NCBI GenBank assembly: GCA_050950165.1
Contig: JBMNHC010000001.1
Span: 124,673-188,672, forward strand
Reading direction: 5' to 3'
Length of the DNA stretch: 64,000 bases
Origin: Candidatus Dojkabacteria bacterium
Lineage (GTDB): Bacteria > Patescibacteriota > Dojkabacteria > SC72
The translations under genes and the position numbers were made by a program. Within the stretch, counting starts at the first letter, position 1; every line of letters starts with the position of its first letter. The notes under the pieces were generated by a model. It searched no databases, was not told where the DNA came from, and saw only the letters and a program-made list of their open reading frames with translations. Positions 1 to 8,183 of this stretch are shown here, one piece after another.

Positions 1-1790
1 GTAAGTTAGTATTTGATAGAAATGGGAATCCTTCTTCTACTAGATTTGCTATTCAAGATAGCATTAGTGGTAAGTATATAGACTACAGTACGAAAACATT
101 GGTTGACAATGTTGTGTGGGGGACATACAACTCATGGGGAGCAACAAATGGGTTACTAATATCTACTTTGGATCCAGGAGTACAGTATACATTTAGGATA
201 AAGGCTATAAACGGTGCAAATGTAGAAACGAACTTCGTAGAAGGAAATACAGGAGCTACATACTCAATAATATTAAATAAAGCAGAGGGCATTGAAACAG
301 TTTTAGTAGATGATAAGGATGTAGATGTTAGCAATACAAGTGGAGCACAAACAGGAGAGCAAAAGATCAGAGTATTACAAGAAAATTACATAGTAGCAGA
401 CGTTCCAATATCTTTTAGTCAAAACAGAGATTGGAGTAATGCTGTTATAGAGAGTTCCATCTTGGAAGGTAAGTCTGTAGTAAAGTTAGATGATTCCCAC
501 GGTCTTTCAGGAACATTTACAATGTATGTTATAAAGAAAGAAAAGGATAACAGTTTTAGAATATGTCCTCATGCAAAAACATTAGCAGAGGTAAACAATA
601 CATGTCCAGAAGGAGTACTTTATACTGGTACTTTCCCCCAAAAGCTTAAAGTATTAAATAATGAGGTGACTGTATCTCAAGCATCACTTTCAGGAACTAC
701 ATATTGGATAGCAGATGGAATTAGTGGAACTGGTGGACAGGGAGAGTTTATTGACAAGACTACTACATCAACCACTAGTAGTAATCTCGTAACACAAGTT
801 ACTACATCAGTACAACAATTCTTCTCAAACACTCAAGTTCTATTAGATAAAACTGTATTGGGGAATATATCGGAAAAAGAACTAACTACAGTATCTGCAA
901 CTACTGCAGCAGTTACTGTTTCCGTTGGAGTTGTATCTGCACTAAGTGGTATACAACAAATCGGATATGGAATTTCTCAAATCTTTATTAATTTGTTTAG
1001 CTCTTTAGGCTTCAGAAGAAAGAGACATAACGCGGGATATGTTTATGATTCTGTCACAAGATCTCCAATCCAACAAGCTATAATTAGAATATATGATTCC
1101 AATCATAAGTTAATAGACACATCCGTAACAGATGGATTTGGATATTGGAGAAGTTCTGCTCCTACTGGAGAGTACACTCTTGATATTAAAAAGAGAGAGT
1201 ATATATTCCCTTCCTCTCTGATACCAGGTAAACAAGACTATCCTCTTACAAATATATACCATGGTGGCAAAATACATATGAAAGAAGGAGAGACAAATAT
1301 TGTGATTCCACTAGATCCTAACAAAGAAGTAATAGGGAAAAAGGTCTTAACTTTCTCAAGAGGGGTCTTCTCTGTTACCTTACCAATACTTAATATTGCA
1401 CTCTTTACAGCAGGTATTACAATAGCTATCTATGTATATCAAAAGAATACAAGTGTTGTTAATCTCATTATTTTACTTCTTTACATCCCAACAATATTTA
1501 CTCTAGTTCAAAGTATTTTAAACCTAAGAAGTAAAAAGGGGACTGTAAAATATTCTGATGGCACTCCTGCAACAAATATCACCTTACTTCTTAAGGAAAA
1601 GGATTTTGATAAAGTAATTTCTAAGAGGGTAACAGATGAGAAAGGTAAGTACTCTTTTGATATTCTAGAGGAAGGAAAGTACGCAATTGAAAGTGCAGAT
1701 AGTAAGATACAAATTATTGAAGGAGAAACAGAAATTATTGCTAAAAAGAGGAAAATCGTCTATAATAGGCTTATAGTAAAAAAGGTGTAA
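1..1790 (+). CDS. 5'-truncated surface protein. It has an FN3-like beta-rich N-terminal region, a TM segment, a carboxypeptidase-regulatory-like (transthyretin-like) domain, TM helices and a second CarbopepD_reg-like domain. It is a paralog of 8184..10268.
   Basis: The frame stays open back to base 1, and an FN3-like motif (YTFRIKAINGANVETNF) is present. The C-terminal half carries GYVYDSVTRSPIQQAIIRIYD...VTDGFGYW...GEYTL and GTVKYSDGTPATNITLLL...RVTDEKGKYSF motifs with hydrophobic helices between them. It aligns clearly with the C-terminus of the 8184..10268 product. Confidence 0.6.
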   Translation, partial: KLVFDRNGNPSSTRFAIQDSISGKYIDYSTKTLVDNVVWGTYNSWGATNGLLISTLDPGVQYTFRIKAINGANVETNFVEGNTGATYSIILNKAEGIETVLVDDKDVDVSNTSGAQTGEQKIRVLQENYIVADVPISFSQNRDWSNAVIESSILEGKSVVKLDDSHGLSGTFTMYVIKKEKDNSFRICPHAKTLAEVNNTCPEGVLYTGTFPQKLKVLNNEVTVSQASLSGTTYWIADGISGTGGQGEFIDKTTTSTTSSNLVTQVTTSVQQFFSNTQVLLDKTVLGNISEKELTTVSATTAAVTVSVGVVSALSGIQQIGYGISQIFINLFSSLGFRRKRHNAGYVYDSVTRSPIQQAIIRIYDSNHKLIDTSVTDGFGYWRSSAPTGEYTLDIKKREYIFPSSLIPGKQDYPLTNIYHGGKIHMKEGETNIVIPLDPNKEVIGKKVLTFSRGVFSVTLPILNIALFTAGITIAIYVYQKNTSVVNLIILLLYIPTIFTLVQSILNLRSKKGTVKYSDGTPATNITLLLKEKDFDKVISKRVTDEKGKYSFDILEEGKYAIESADSKIQIIEGETEIIAKKRKIVYNRLIVKKV

Positions 1791-1829
1791 GCCCCATACA
1801 CTAGCACTTAATTGTAAAGTACAATAAAG

Positions 1830-3785
1830 ATGAAGGCTTCCAAGCTATTTGGGGTAGCTACAGCGTTTACTCTGTTAGGTTCCACTATATCTGGATGTGT
1901 AGAACCTAAATCTACTGAAAAAGAATCATCAGCAGAGAGTTCTTCTACAAAAGAATCTCCCATTGTAGAAACCTCTCCTATTCCTAATAATATAGGTGAA
2001 GACTTATTACCAACTATAGAGCCAGTAGATTTCTTCAACGACACGGAATTAAAATGTGAGATTCCTAAGACTGATCTTGAGCAAAAGGAATTTAACTATG
2101 AAATATTAAATATTGGAGAGTGGGCAAACTTTGAATTAGAAAATGTTGAGAAAAAAGAACCTGGTTACGGAGTAGAAATCTCAGAACAAACATCTCTCTT
2201 TATGATTCCATATAAAAGGGAAGACTATTTCTTAAATCAAAATGGAAAACTCAAAGAAATTTTTGCTCAAGAGGGAACCCCTTTTGAAATAGCAGAGATA
2301 AGGACACTCGCAGGACAAAATGGGGAGAAAGTAAATATTGGAATAATTGCAAATACATATGGTGCGGAAGTCGTTGCTGCAGTAGTTCTTGGAGCAGAAG
2401 ATAAGAATGGTACTCAGAAAAGTTTCTCTGTAGAAAGAGAGCAAAAAGACGCAAAAATTGTCACATACATTGCTACTGAAGATTTTATCTACCCTAATAA
2501 AGTAGAAAATATTCTTACTGCATTAAAAAATATCTCCATCTATCAAGATCAAAATGGTAAATTAAAAGCAGGAGAAGAGTATTCATATATAAACCTAACT
2601 GGTATTAGAGACTCTCGAACATACCAATACAAAACAGGGTTAACAAGCTTAGGTGCAGAAGTAAGAAGTGGAGGCGTATGTGCTATGTCTACAGGGATAT
2701 CATCTTTACTCTACACACAAGAAGCTGAGTACAAAATACTCGAGAGATGGGCAGAACCTAATAGATATGCACAGGGACCTTTCAGTCCGTCAGAGCAGAT
2801 TGTAGATTCTAGTGTAGATTATGACGGGAAAACCGTATACGACTTAAGATGGATACAAGGAGAAGACAAATATCTAAATGTAAATATCGCTATGTCTCCA
2901 ACAGATATACCATTTAGTCAAACATCTACTAATGGAATCGGGGGAATTTCAGATATATTTATGATTGTTTCTTTATCTTTTGAAGATAATGTTAGAGATA
3001 ATCAAACAAAATATATTGAGGATAACCTAAAAACATACCAAAACTACAGAGAATCTCAGCATTATATAAAAGTAAATAAGAATCAGATGGAAGTTAATGT
3101 TCTTAATCATGAACTATCAGAAGACTTAATTCATACTATCAACAACTTGTACAACTTTAAAGATCTTTCTCTGTTTAAAGAGAAAATTAATGAAAGCAAA
3201 GAACTACAAAGTATTCTTAAATTACAAGAAGAAGTTAACAACTACACTTCTAACTCTGGATTCCGATTAATGAACTATTTACAAATTGGAGAATGGTACA
3301 AAAATTTCCCTGAAGAGAAAGAAATTAGTAGAATATTAGAGTCATCTATTGTTGTAGGTTTAAAGTCACAACCTCTACAATGTGTTGAGTTTGTATCTAT
3401 GTTAGCAAAGCTATTTCCTAATCTCTCTATACCACACGCAGGAGCAGCTTCTGCAACAACAGCAAAGGAATTGATTCCCATAATTTTAAAGGAAGAGCGA
3501 TACACAACTGTAGCACAAACAGAGTATGGAGCTACTGCATTTGCCGGTAAATTCTCAGTTGATCAATATCAACCTGGAGATCTCTTTGTAAGAGAAGAGA
3601 GGCCTTGCGGCCATGTAGGAGTAATACTAGATAAAATCATAACAGAGAATGGCGAAGCTGTTCTTTTAGTTGCTGACTCAAACAGAGATAGTGATGGGAA
3701 AATACAAATCTTTATCGTTGATAAAAGGAATATAGAGAAAATTTTTGGAGCTGACAGAAGATATCTTATCAGAAAGAATCAGTAA
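1830..3785 (+). CDS. Putative lipoprotein, 651 aa. The C-terminal end carries a weak NlpC/P60- or CHAP-like His motif (GDLFVREERPCGHVGVIL).
   Basis: The N-terminus has a signal peptide with a lipobox (LLGSTISGC). The C-terminal motif resembles the GDLVFF...HVGIY motif of papain-like peptidoglycan hydrolases, but no clear catalytic Cys partner is seen. Confidence 0.4.
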   Translation: MKASKLFGVATAFTLLGSTISGCVEPKSTEKESSAESSSTKESPIVETSPIPNNIGEDLLPTIEPVDFFNDTELKCEIPKTDLEQKEFNYEILNIGEWANFELENVEKKEPGYGVEISEQTSLFMIPYKREDYFLNQNGKLKEIFAQEGTPFEIAEIRTLAGQNGEKVNIGIIANTYGAEVVAAVVLGAEDKNGTQKSFSVEREQKDAKIVTYIATEDFIYPNKVENILTALKNISIYQDQNGKLKAGEEYSYINLTGIRDSRTYQYKTGLTSLGAEVRSGGVCAMSTGISSLLYTQEAEYKILERWAEPNRYAQGPFSPSEQIVDSSVDYDGKTVYDLRWIQGEDKYLNVNIAMSPTDIPFSQTSTNGIGGISDIFMIVSLSFEDNVRDNQTKYIEDNLKTYQNYRESQHYIKVNKNQMEVNVLNHELSEDLIHTINNLYNFKDLSLFKEKINESKELQSILKLQEEVNNYTSNSGFRLMNYLQIGEWYKNFPEEKEISRILESSIVVGLKSQPLQCVEFVSMLAKLFPNLSIPHAGAASATTAKELIPIILKEERYTTVAQTEYGATAFAGKFSVDQYQPGDLFVREERPCGHVGVILDKIITENGEAVLLVADSNRDSDGKIQIFIVDKRNIEKIFGADRRYLIRKNQ

Positions 3786-4788
3786 TATATTCCATTCCCA
3801 TTGTTTTTCTTACCTCTTTTAATGTGTCTTGTGCATTTTTCTTAGCAATTTTACTATCCTCCTCTATTTTTTTAAGAATCTCTTCCTCATCTAATGATTT
3901 TTTCTTACTCTGAAATTCTTCCAAATATTTTTTAAGTAGAGCTCCTATAAAAGATTTTAGCTCTCCCATTACATTCTCACCAGCATAATGTCTTTGCATA
4001 ATAGCGGAGATATTACTACGCTCTTCCTCTTTTGAAAGAAATTCTCCAATTAATACTAAGGTTTCTAATGTTTCTGATCTCTCACCAGCAAATGCCGTTT
4101 GTGCCTTTTTGATTTTCGAAAGAGATATCTCGATAGGGTCATCTAGTAAAATAGCACCATTTGGATCCGTCTTACTCATCTTGCCACTTCCATTTAAAGA
4201 TTTTACTCTGATAGGCTCTCCAAGTGATAAAGTTTTAGGTATAGGAAATACATCTCCATATCTTTTGTTAAACTTCTGTGCCAAGAATCTTGTCATCTCC
4301 ATATGAGCTAACTGGTCTTCTCCAACAGGTACATACTCTGTTCTTTGCAAGAGTATATCTGCTGCCATCATAATAGGATACATAGCAAGTAAGACATTAG
4401 CACTAGTCTCACTCTGTCCATGCTTAATCTTCTCTTTTAGAGTAGGAACCCTCAAAAGTTCAGCTACAGAAACAAGTCTACATAGATATATTGTCAATTC
4501 TGCTACTTCTTCTACTAACATAGATTGTATAAATATTTTGTTTTTCTTAGGATCTAGTCCTAGAGATATGTAATCTTTTACAACATCGATAACTGCCTTT
4601 TGACTATCTTTAGCCTCAGTATCAGTTAAGGCATGCAAATCAGCAACAAAAACCATACTACTTTTAATTTTTCCACTTTCTTGAAGCTTTACTATGGGAT
4701 TTACACCTCCAATTGCATTTGCAATAGTTAGACCTCCAGTAGGTCTAATACCTGTAAAAGCTTCAACTTTGTAGTCTGAATTTCCCAT
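3769..4788 (-). CDS. trpS: Tryptophan--tRNA ligase.
   Basis: Class I aaRS motifs are present: GIRPTG..LTIANA, VPVGEDQLAHMEMTRFLAQKFNKRYG and KMSKTDPN. The length (339 aa) is typical of TrpRS. Confidence 0.9.
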   Translation of the reverse strand: MGNSDYKVEAFTGIRPTGGLTIANAIGGVNPIVKLQESGKIKSSMVFVADLHALTDTEAKDSQKAVIDVVKDYISLGLDPKKNKIFIQSMLVEEVAELTIYLCRLVSVAELLRVPTLKEKIKHGQSETSANVLLAMYPIMMAADILLQRTEYVPVGEDQLAHMEMTRFLAQKFNKRYGDVFPIPKTLSLGEPIRVKSLNGSGKMSKTDPNGAILLDDPIEISLSKIKKAQTAFAGERSETLETLVLIGEFLSKEEERSNISAIMQRHYAGENVMGELKSFIGALLKKYLEEFQSKKKSLDEEEILKKIEEDSKIAKKNAQDTLKEVRKTMGMEYITDSF

Positions 4789-4850
4789 ATTAATAATCTT
4801 AAACTAACTCCCCATTATATCATTAATTTAAATTGATATAATATAGATGT

Positions 4851-5495
4851 ATGAAATTTGAAGATTTTAAAAGTTTACAAGAAATTCATGAATATTTTGC
4901 TGTTCATAATAGTTGTAAGCTAAAGAAAAGTGCTACCCAACCTGTATATGAGATAAACCCTCCTAAAAAAGGGATTGTCTTCATTGGAGAAGCTCCTGGA
5001 CAAAATGAAGACAAGCAAGGAAAACCTTTTGTTGGTGCAGCAGGAAAACTTCTTAATGAATTACTCGAAGGTTCGGGACTTAAACGAGATGATGTCTATG
5101 TTACGAATACAGTAAAATACAGGCCACCAGCTAACAGAGAGCCTCTACCAGAAGAGAAAGAGGCATGTAGAGTATGGGTTAACTATGAACTGCTTTTCAT
5201 TAAACCAAAAGTTATTATCCCTCTTGGTAGGCATGCACTTGAGAGTTTCATTCCTGGTCTAAAAATCTCCTCTGCTCATGGACAGGTATATGAACATAAA
5301 AGTGGAATTCCCATTTTTGCCATGTATCATCCAGCTGTAGCACTTTACAATCCTACTCTGAAAGCTACCTTGATTGAAGATTTCAAAAGGTTAAAGAGAT
5401 TCCTTCAAGGAAAGATAAAGGTTGTAAAACAAGAAGATGAGGGAGATTTCTCGAAAGAGAAAGAGTCTCTTGTTGATGCTTTGCTAAAGCTTTAA
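4851..5495 (+). CDS. udg: Uracil-DNA glycosylase, family 4.
   Basis: Motifs GEAPGQNEDKQGKPFVGAAGKLL and the C-terminal HPAVALYNP match the family-4 UDG signature. Confidence 0.8.
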   Translation: MKFEDFKSLQEIHEYFAVHNSCKLKKSATQPVYEINPPKKGIVFIGEAPGQNEDKQGKPFVGAAGKLLNELLEGSGLKRDDVYVTNTVKYRPPANREPLPEEKEACRVWVNYELLFIKPKVIIPLGRHALESFIPGLKISSAHGQVYEHKSGIPIFAMYHPAVALYNPTLKATLIEDFKRLKRFLQGKIKVVKQEDEGDFSKEKESLVDALLKL

Positions 5496-6088
5496 TTACT
5501 CCAGCCTACATCATAAAAAATCTTTTCTGCTGCGGTTTCATACTCCATAATCTCTGTTGCGTTAAACCAAAGTCCTATTTCTCTCTCAGCATTTTCTACA
5601 CTATCCGATGCGTGAAGCATAGATCTCGTAACCCTCTTTTGCTCATCTGCCAACGCAAAAGAATCTAGCGAGAAATCGGCTCTAATTGTTCCAACATCAC
5701 CATCTGCAGGACTTGTACTACCAAGCATTTTACGAACACCACTAATAACTCCAAAGCCTTGTAGCACAACAGCAATTACAGGTCCACATGTAAGATAGCT
5801 AATATTAGATTCTCTTACCCATTTACCTCTTGCTAAACTATCCCAATTAGTTACATCCTCTCCTCTTGCGATTGCACCTTTTTTTGCTTTCTCTCCTACC
5901 TCTATCAAATACTCTTTTTTATCCTCATAGTGCTTGCCTACTAGTTCTGGGCTAGGTCTTAACATCTTCATTCCTACAATCTTAAAACCTTTTCTCTCAA
6001 ACCTGCTCACTATCTCACCAACAATCTGTCTCTGGACCACATCTGGCTTGAAAATAACTAACGTCTTCTCTTTATTTTTTGCAAACAT
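5492..6088 (-). CDS. ndk: Nucleoside diphosphate kinase with insertions/extension (198 aa).
   Basis: N-terminal TLVIFKPDVVQR..GEIVSRFERKGFKIVGMK and active-site LHASDSVENAEREIGLWF are present. Confidence 0.85.
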   Translation of the reverse strand: MFAKNKEKTLVIFKPDVVQRQIVGEIVSRFERKGFKIVGMKMLRPSPELVGKHYEDKKEYLIEVGEKAKKGAIARGEDVTNWDSLARGKWVRESNISYLTCGPVIAVVLQGFGVISGVRKMLGSTSPADGDVGTIRADFSLDSFALADEQKRVTRSMLHASDSVENAEREIGLWFNATEIMEYETAAEKIFYDVGWSN

Positions 6089-6162
6089 ATGACTCCTACT
6101 TAATTTATTTACCCATATCTTACAACCTCTCCATTCTAAATGAAACCACTCTCGTTAATAAG

Positions 6163-6443
6163 GTGTGTCCCAGGTATGTCCCCCTGTTTTGCTTGAATAA
6201 GACCATCCTACCACGTTCGTGCGTTGTTTTCTGTTCGGTCTATCCTCAAAAAAACGGTCGGAATCGGGAATAAACTTTGTTGTCCTGCGATTTCGTGGGG
6301 ACAGACCTAGGACAGACCTGCGGTATGGGAATTGGATAAACTTTCGGGAGGGGACAGAGTTGGGACAGACCTGCGATGCGAGGAATCGGGGAAGCGATCG
6401 AAGAGGGACGGACCTGGGACAGACCTGGGGTAGCTGGTATAAT
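6163..6443. promoter_or_regulatory. GC-rich divergent promoter region containing eight GGGACAGACCT-like 11-bp direct-repeat half-sites. Three tandem ~54-bp units sit at 6298-6320, 6351-6373 and 6405-6427. One inverted copy sits at 6163-6185. The array ends in an extended -10 box TGGTATAAT (6435-6443), 5 nt before the elp3 ATG.
   Basis: The repeats were read directly: GGGACAGACCTAGGACAGACCTG, GGGACAGAGTTGGGACAGACCTG and GGGACGGACCTGGGACAGACCTG, with reverse-complement GGGGGACATACCTGGGACACAC upstream of ndk. Local GC is ~50% against ~32% background. Confidence 0.55.
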
Positions 6444-6448
6444 ACGGG

Positions 6449-8047
6449 ATGGATGATTTTAAAAAGATTTTTGGGGAGATAGGGAGGTTGAGGTGTTGGC
6501 GGGAGGAGAGTTTGCAACGGATTTTGAAGCGGTTTCCGAAGGAAGGTAGGGGTTTGTACAGGCATGATGAGTTGGTAGAGGCATATAGGAGGTTGGTTAA
6601 GCAAAATGTGTTGGTGAGAGATGAGGTGGTAGAGAAGCAGATTAGGATGAAGCCGACAAGGACGCTTTCGGGTGTTGCTACGGTAGCGGTGTTGATGAAG
6701 CCGTTTGGGTGTCCTGGGCAGTGCATATTCTGTCCAAATGAGCCGAATATGCCCAAATCATATATTGCTAGCGAGCCAGGAGCTCAAAGAGCTTCAAAAC
6801 ATGGTTTTGATCCTTTTGCTCAGGTATACAACCGTATTAAAGCACTACAAAATATTGGGCATAATACGGATAAGGTGGAGTTAATAATTTTGGGTGGTAC
6901 ATGCTCTGTATATCCAGAACGATATATTGTCTGGTTTGTTAAAAGATGTTTTGATGCGATGAACAGTTTTGGTACATCCCGCTATAACACCGAAGACGAA
7001 GGAATTGAGGCAATAACATGGGAAAAACTTCTTGAAGTCCAAAAAATAAACGAAACAGAAGTTTGTAGAAATGTAGGGGTAGTCTTAGAAACAAGGCCTG
7101 ATTACATAACGGAGGAAGAAGTCAGAAGACTACGAAGACTAGGAGCAACAAAAGTACAGATAGGGATACAAAGCCTCAATAACAAAATACTAAGAGAAAA
7201 TAGGAGGGGGCACACTACTAAAGAAACGAAAGAGGCATTTAAACTGCTTAGATTGGCAGGTTTCAAGATACACGCTCACTGGATGCCTAATCTCTTCGGT
7301 TCTACTGTTAAAAAAGATATAAGGGATTTCAAACGGCTATGGAAAAAAGAGTACCTTCCTGATGAACTAAAAATCTACCCTACTTCGATAATAAAAAATA
7401 CATTACTAGAACAATATTACCAAGATGGTAAATACAAACCATATACAAAAGAAGAGCTACTCTCTCTTTTTGTAAACATACTACCTAAAACTCCAAGATT
7501 TGTTAGGTTAACCAGAATCATTAGAGATATTCCTTCTAATGAGATAGTGGATGGAAATAAACTTACTAACTTCAGAGAGATAGCCGAAAAAGAAATCAAA
7601 AAACTTAATAAAAAGATTCAGGATATTAGAAGCAGAGAGATAAGGGGAGAGAAAATTACATGGAATAATATAGAATTGGAAACTATCAAATACAAAACGA
7701 CAGTATCAACAGAGTACTTCATTTCATACAAAACAAAAGATACAGATAAGATATGTGCTTTCCTAAGACTCTCCATACCAAAAGTTAAACCTTTTATAAA
7801 AGAGATATCGGACTCTACCATGATTAGAGAGGTACATGTATATGGGCCTCTTGTTAATATAGGGGAAGATGGTGGTGGGCAATCACAACATTCAGGGCTA
7901 GGTAAAAGAATGATAGAGATAGCTCAGCAGATATCTTTAGATAGAGGTTTTCAAAAGATGTCAGTAATATCTGCAGTAGGTACTAAGGAGTATTACAGAA
8001 AGAGAGGGTTTAAGGATAATGGTCTTTACATGACCAAAGAAGTCTAG
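6449..8047 (+). CDS. elp3: Elp3-like radical SAM plus GNAT acetyltransferase (tRNA uridine(34) carboxymethyl/acetyltransferase homolog).
   Basis: The radical SAM cluster motif is VAVLMKPFGCPGQCIFCPN. The Elp3-type spacer reads KVELIILGGTCSVYPERY. The C-terminal GNAT reads HSGLGKRMIEIAQQISLDRGFQKMSVISAVGTKEYYRKRGF. Confidence 0.85.
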   Translation: MDDFKKIFGEIGRLRCWREESLQRILKRFPKEGRGLYRHDELVEAYRRLVKQNVLVRDEVVEKQIRMKPTRTLSGVATVAVLMKPFGCPGQCIFCPNEPNMPKSYIASEPGAQRASKHGFDPFAQVYNRIKALQNIGHNTDKVELIILGGTCSVYPERYIVWFVKRCFDAMNSFGTSRYNTEDEGIEAITWEKLLEVQKINETEVCRNVGVVLETRPDYITEEEVRRLRRLGATKVQIGIQSLNNKILRENRRGHTTKETKEAFKLLRLAGFKIHAHWMPNLFGSTVKKDIRDFKRLWKKEYLPDELKIYPTSIIKNTLLEQYYQDGKYKPYTKEELLSLFVNILPKTPRFVRLTRIIRDIPSNEIVDGNKLTNFREIAEKEIKKLNKKIQDIRSREIRGEKITWNNIELETIKYKTTVSTEYFISYKTKDTDKICAFLRLSIPKVKPFIKEISDSTMIREVHVYGPLVNIGEDGGGQSQHSGLGKRMIEIAQQISLDRGFQKMSVISAVGTKEYYRKRGFKDNGLYMTKEV

Positions 8048-8064
8048 AGAATTATAAGGAAATA

Positions 8065-8137
8065 TGGGTGTACAGGGGCTCGAACCCTGAACCTAACGGT
8101 TAAGAGCCGTTTGCTCTACCAGTTGAGCTACACACCC
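8065..8137 (-). tRNA. tRNA-Lys, anticodon CUU, 73 nt, CCA not encoded.
   Basis: The reverse complement is GGGTGTGTAGCTCAACTGGTAGAGCAAACGGCTCTTAACCGTTAGGTTCAGGGTTCGAGCCCCTGTACACCCA. It folds as a cloverleaf with anticodon loop CTCTTAA and T-loop TTCGAGC. Confidence 0.85.
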
Positions 8138-8183
8138 ATTTCAGTTAAGCATAATATCATATAGAAAGGAGATTTTTCAATAC

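Noticed and set aside
6298-6427. Possible CRISPR array, because of regularly spaced GGGACAGACC repeats.
   Set aside because: Only 3 imperfect units. The repeat is 11 bp, or 23 bp as a doublet, with about 30-bp spacers that themselves resemble each other and carry -10-like elements. There are no cas genes. It behaves like a promoter or operator array, not CRISPR.
6100-6448. GC-rich block as a housekeeping ncRNA (RNase P RNA, SRP RNA, tmRNA, 6S).
   Set aside because: No P4-helix motifs (AGGAAAGUCCGGGC / ACAGAACCCGGCUUA), no SRP domain-IV AGGUCCGGAAGGAAGCAGC, no tmRNA tRNA-like 3' end and no tag ORF could be found by eye. An Infernal scan would be needed for certainty.
6155-6756. Two 149-aa Pro-rich ORFs on the minus strand and an 87-aa ORF on the plus strand.
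   Set aside because: They are artefacts of the GC-rich, stop-poor promoter block and the antisense of the G-rich 5' end of elp3. They have low-complexity proline runs and overlap a well-supported gene.
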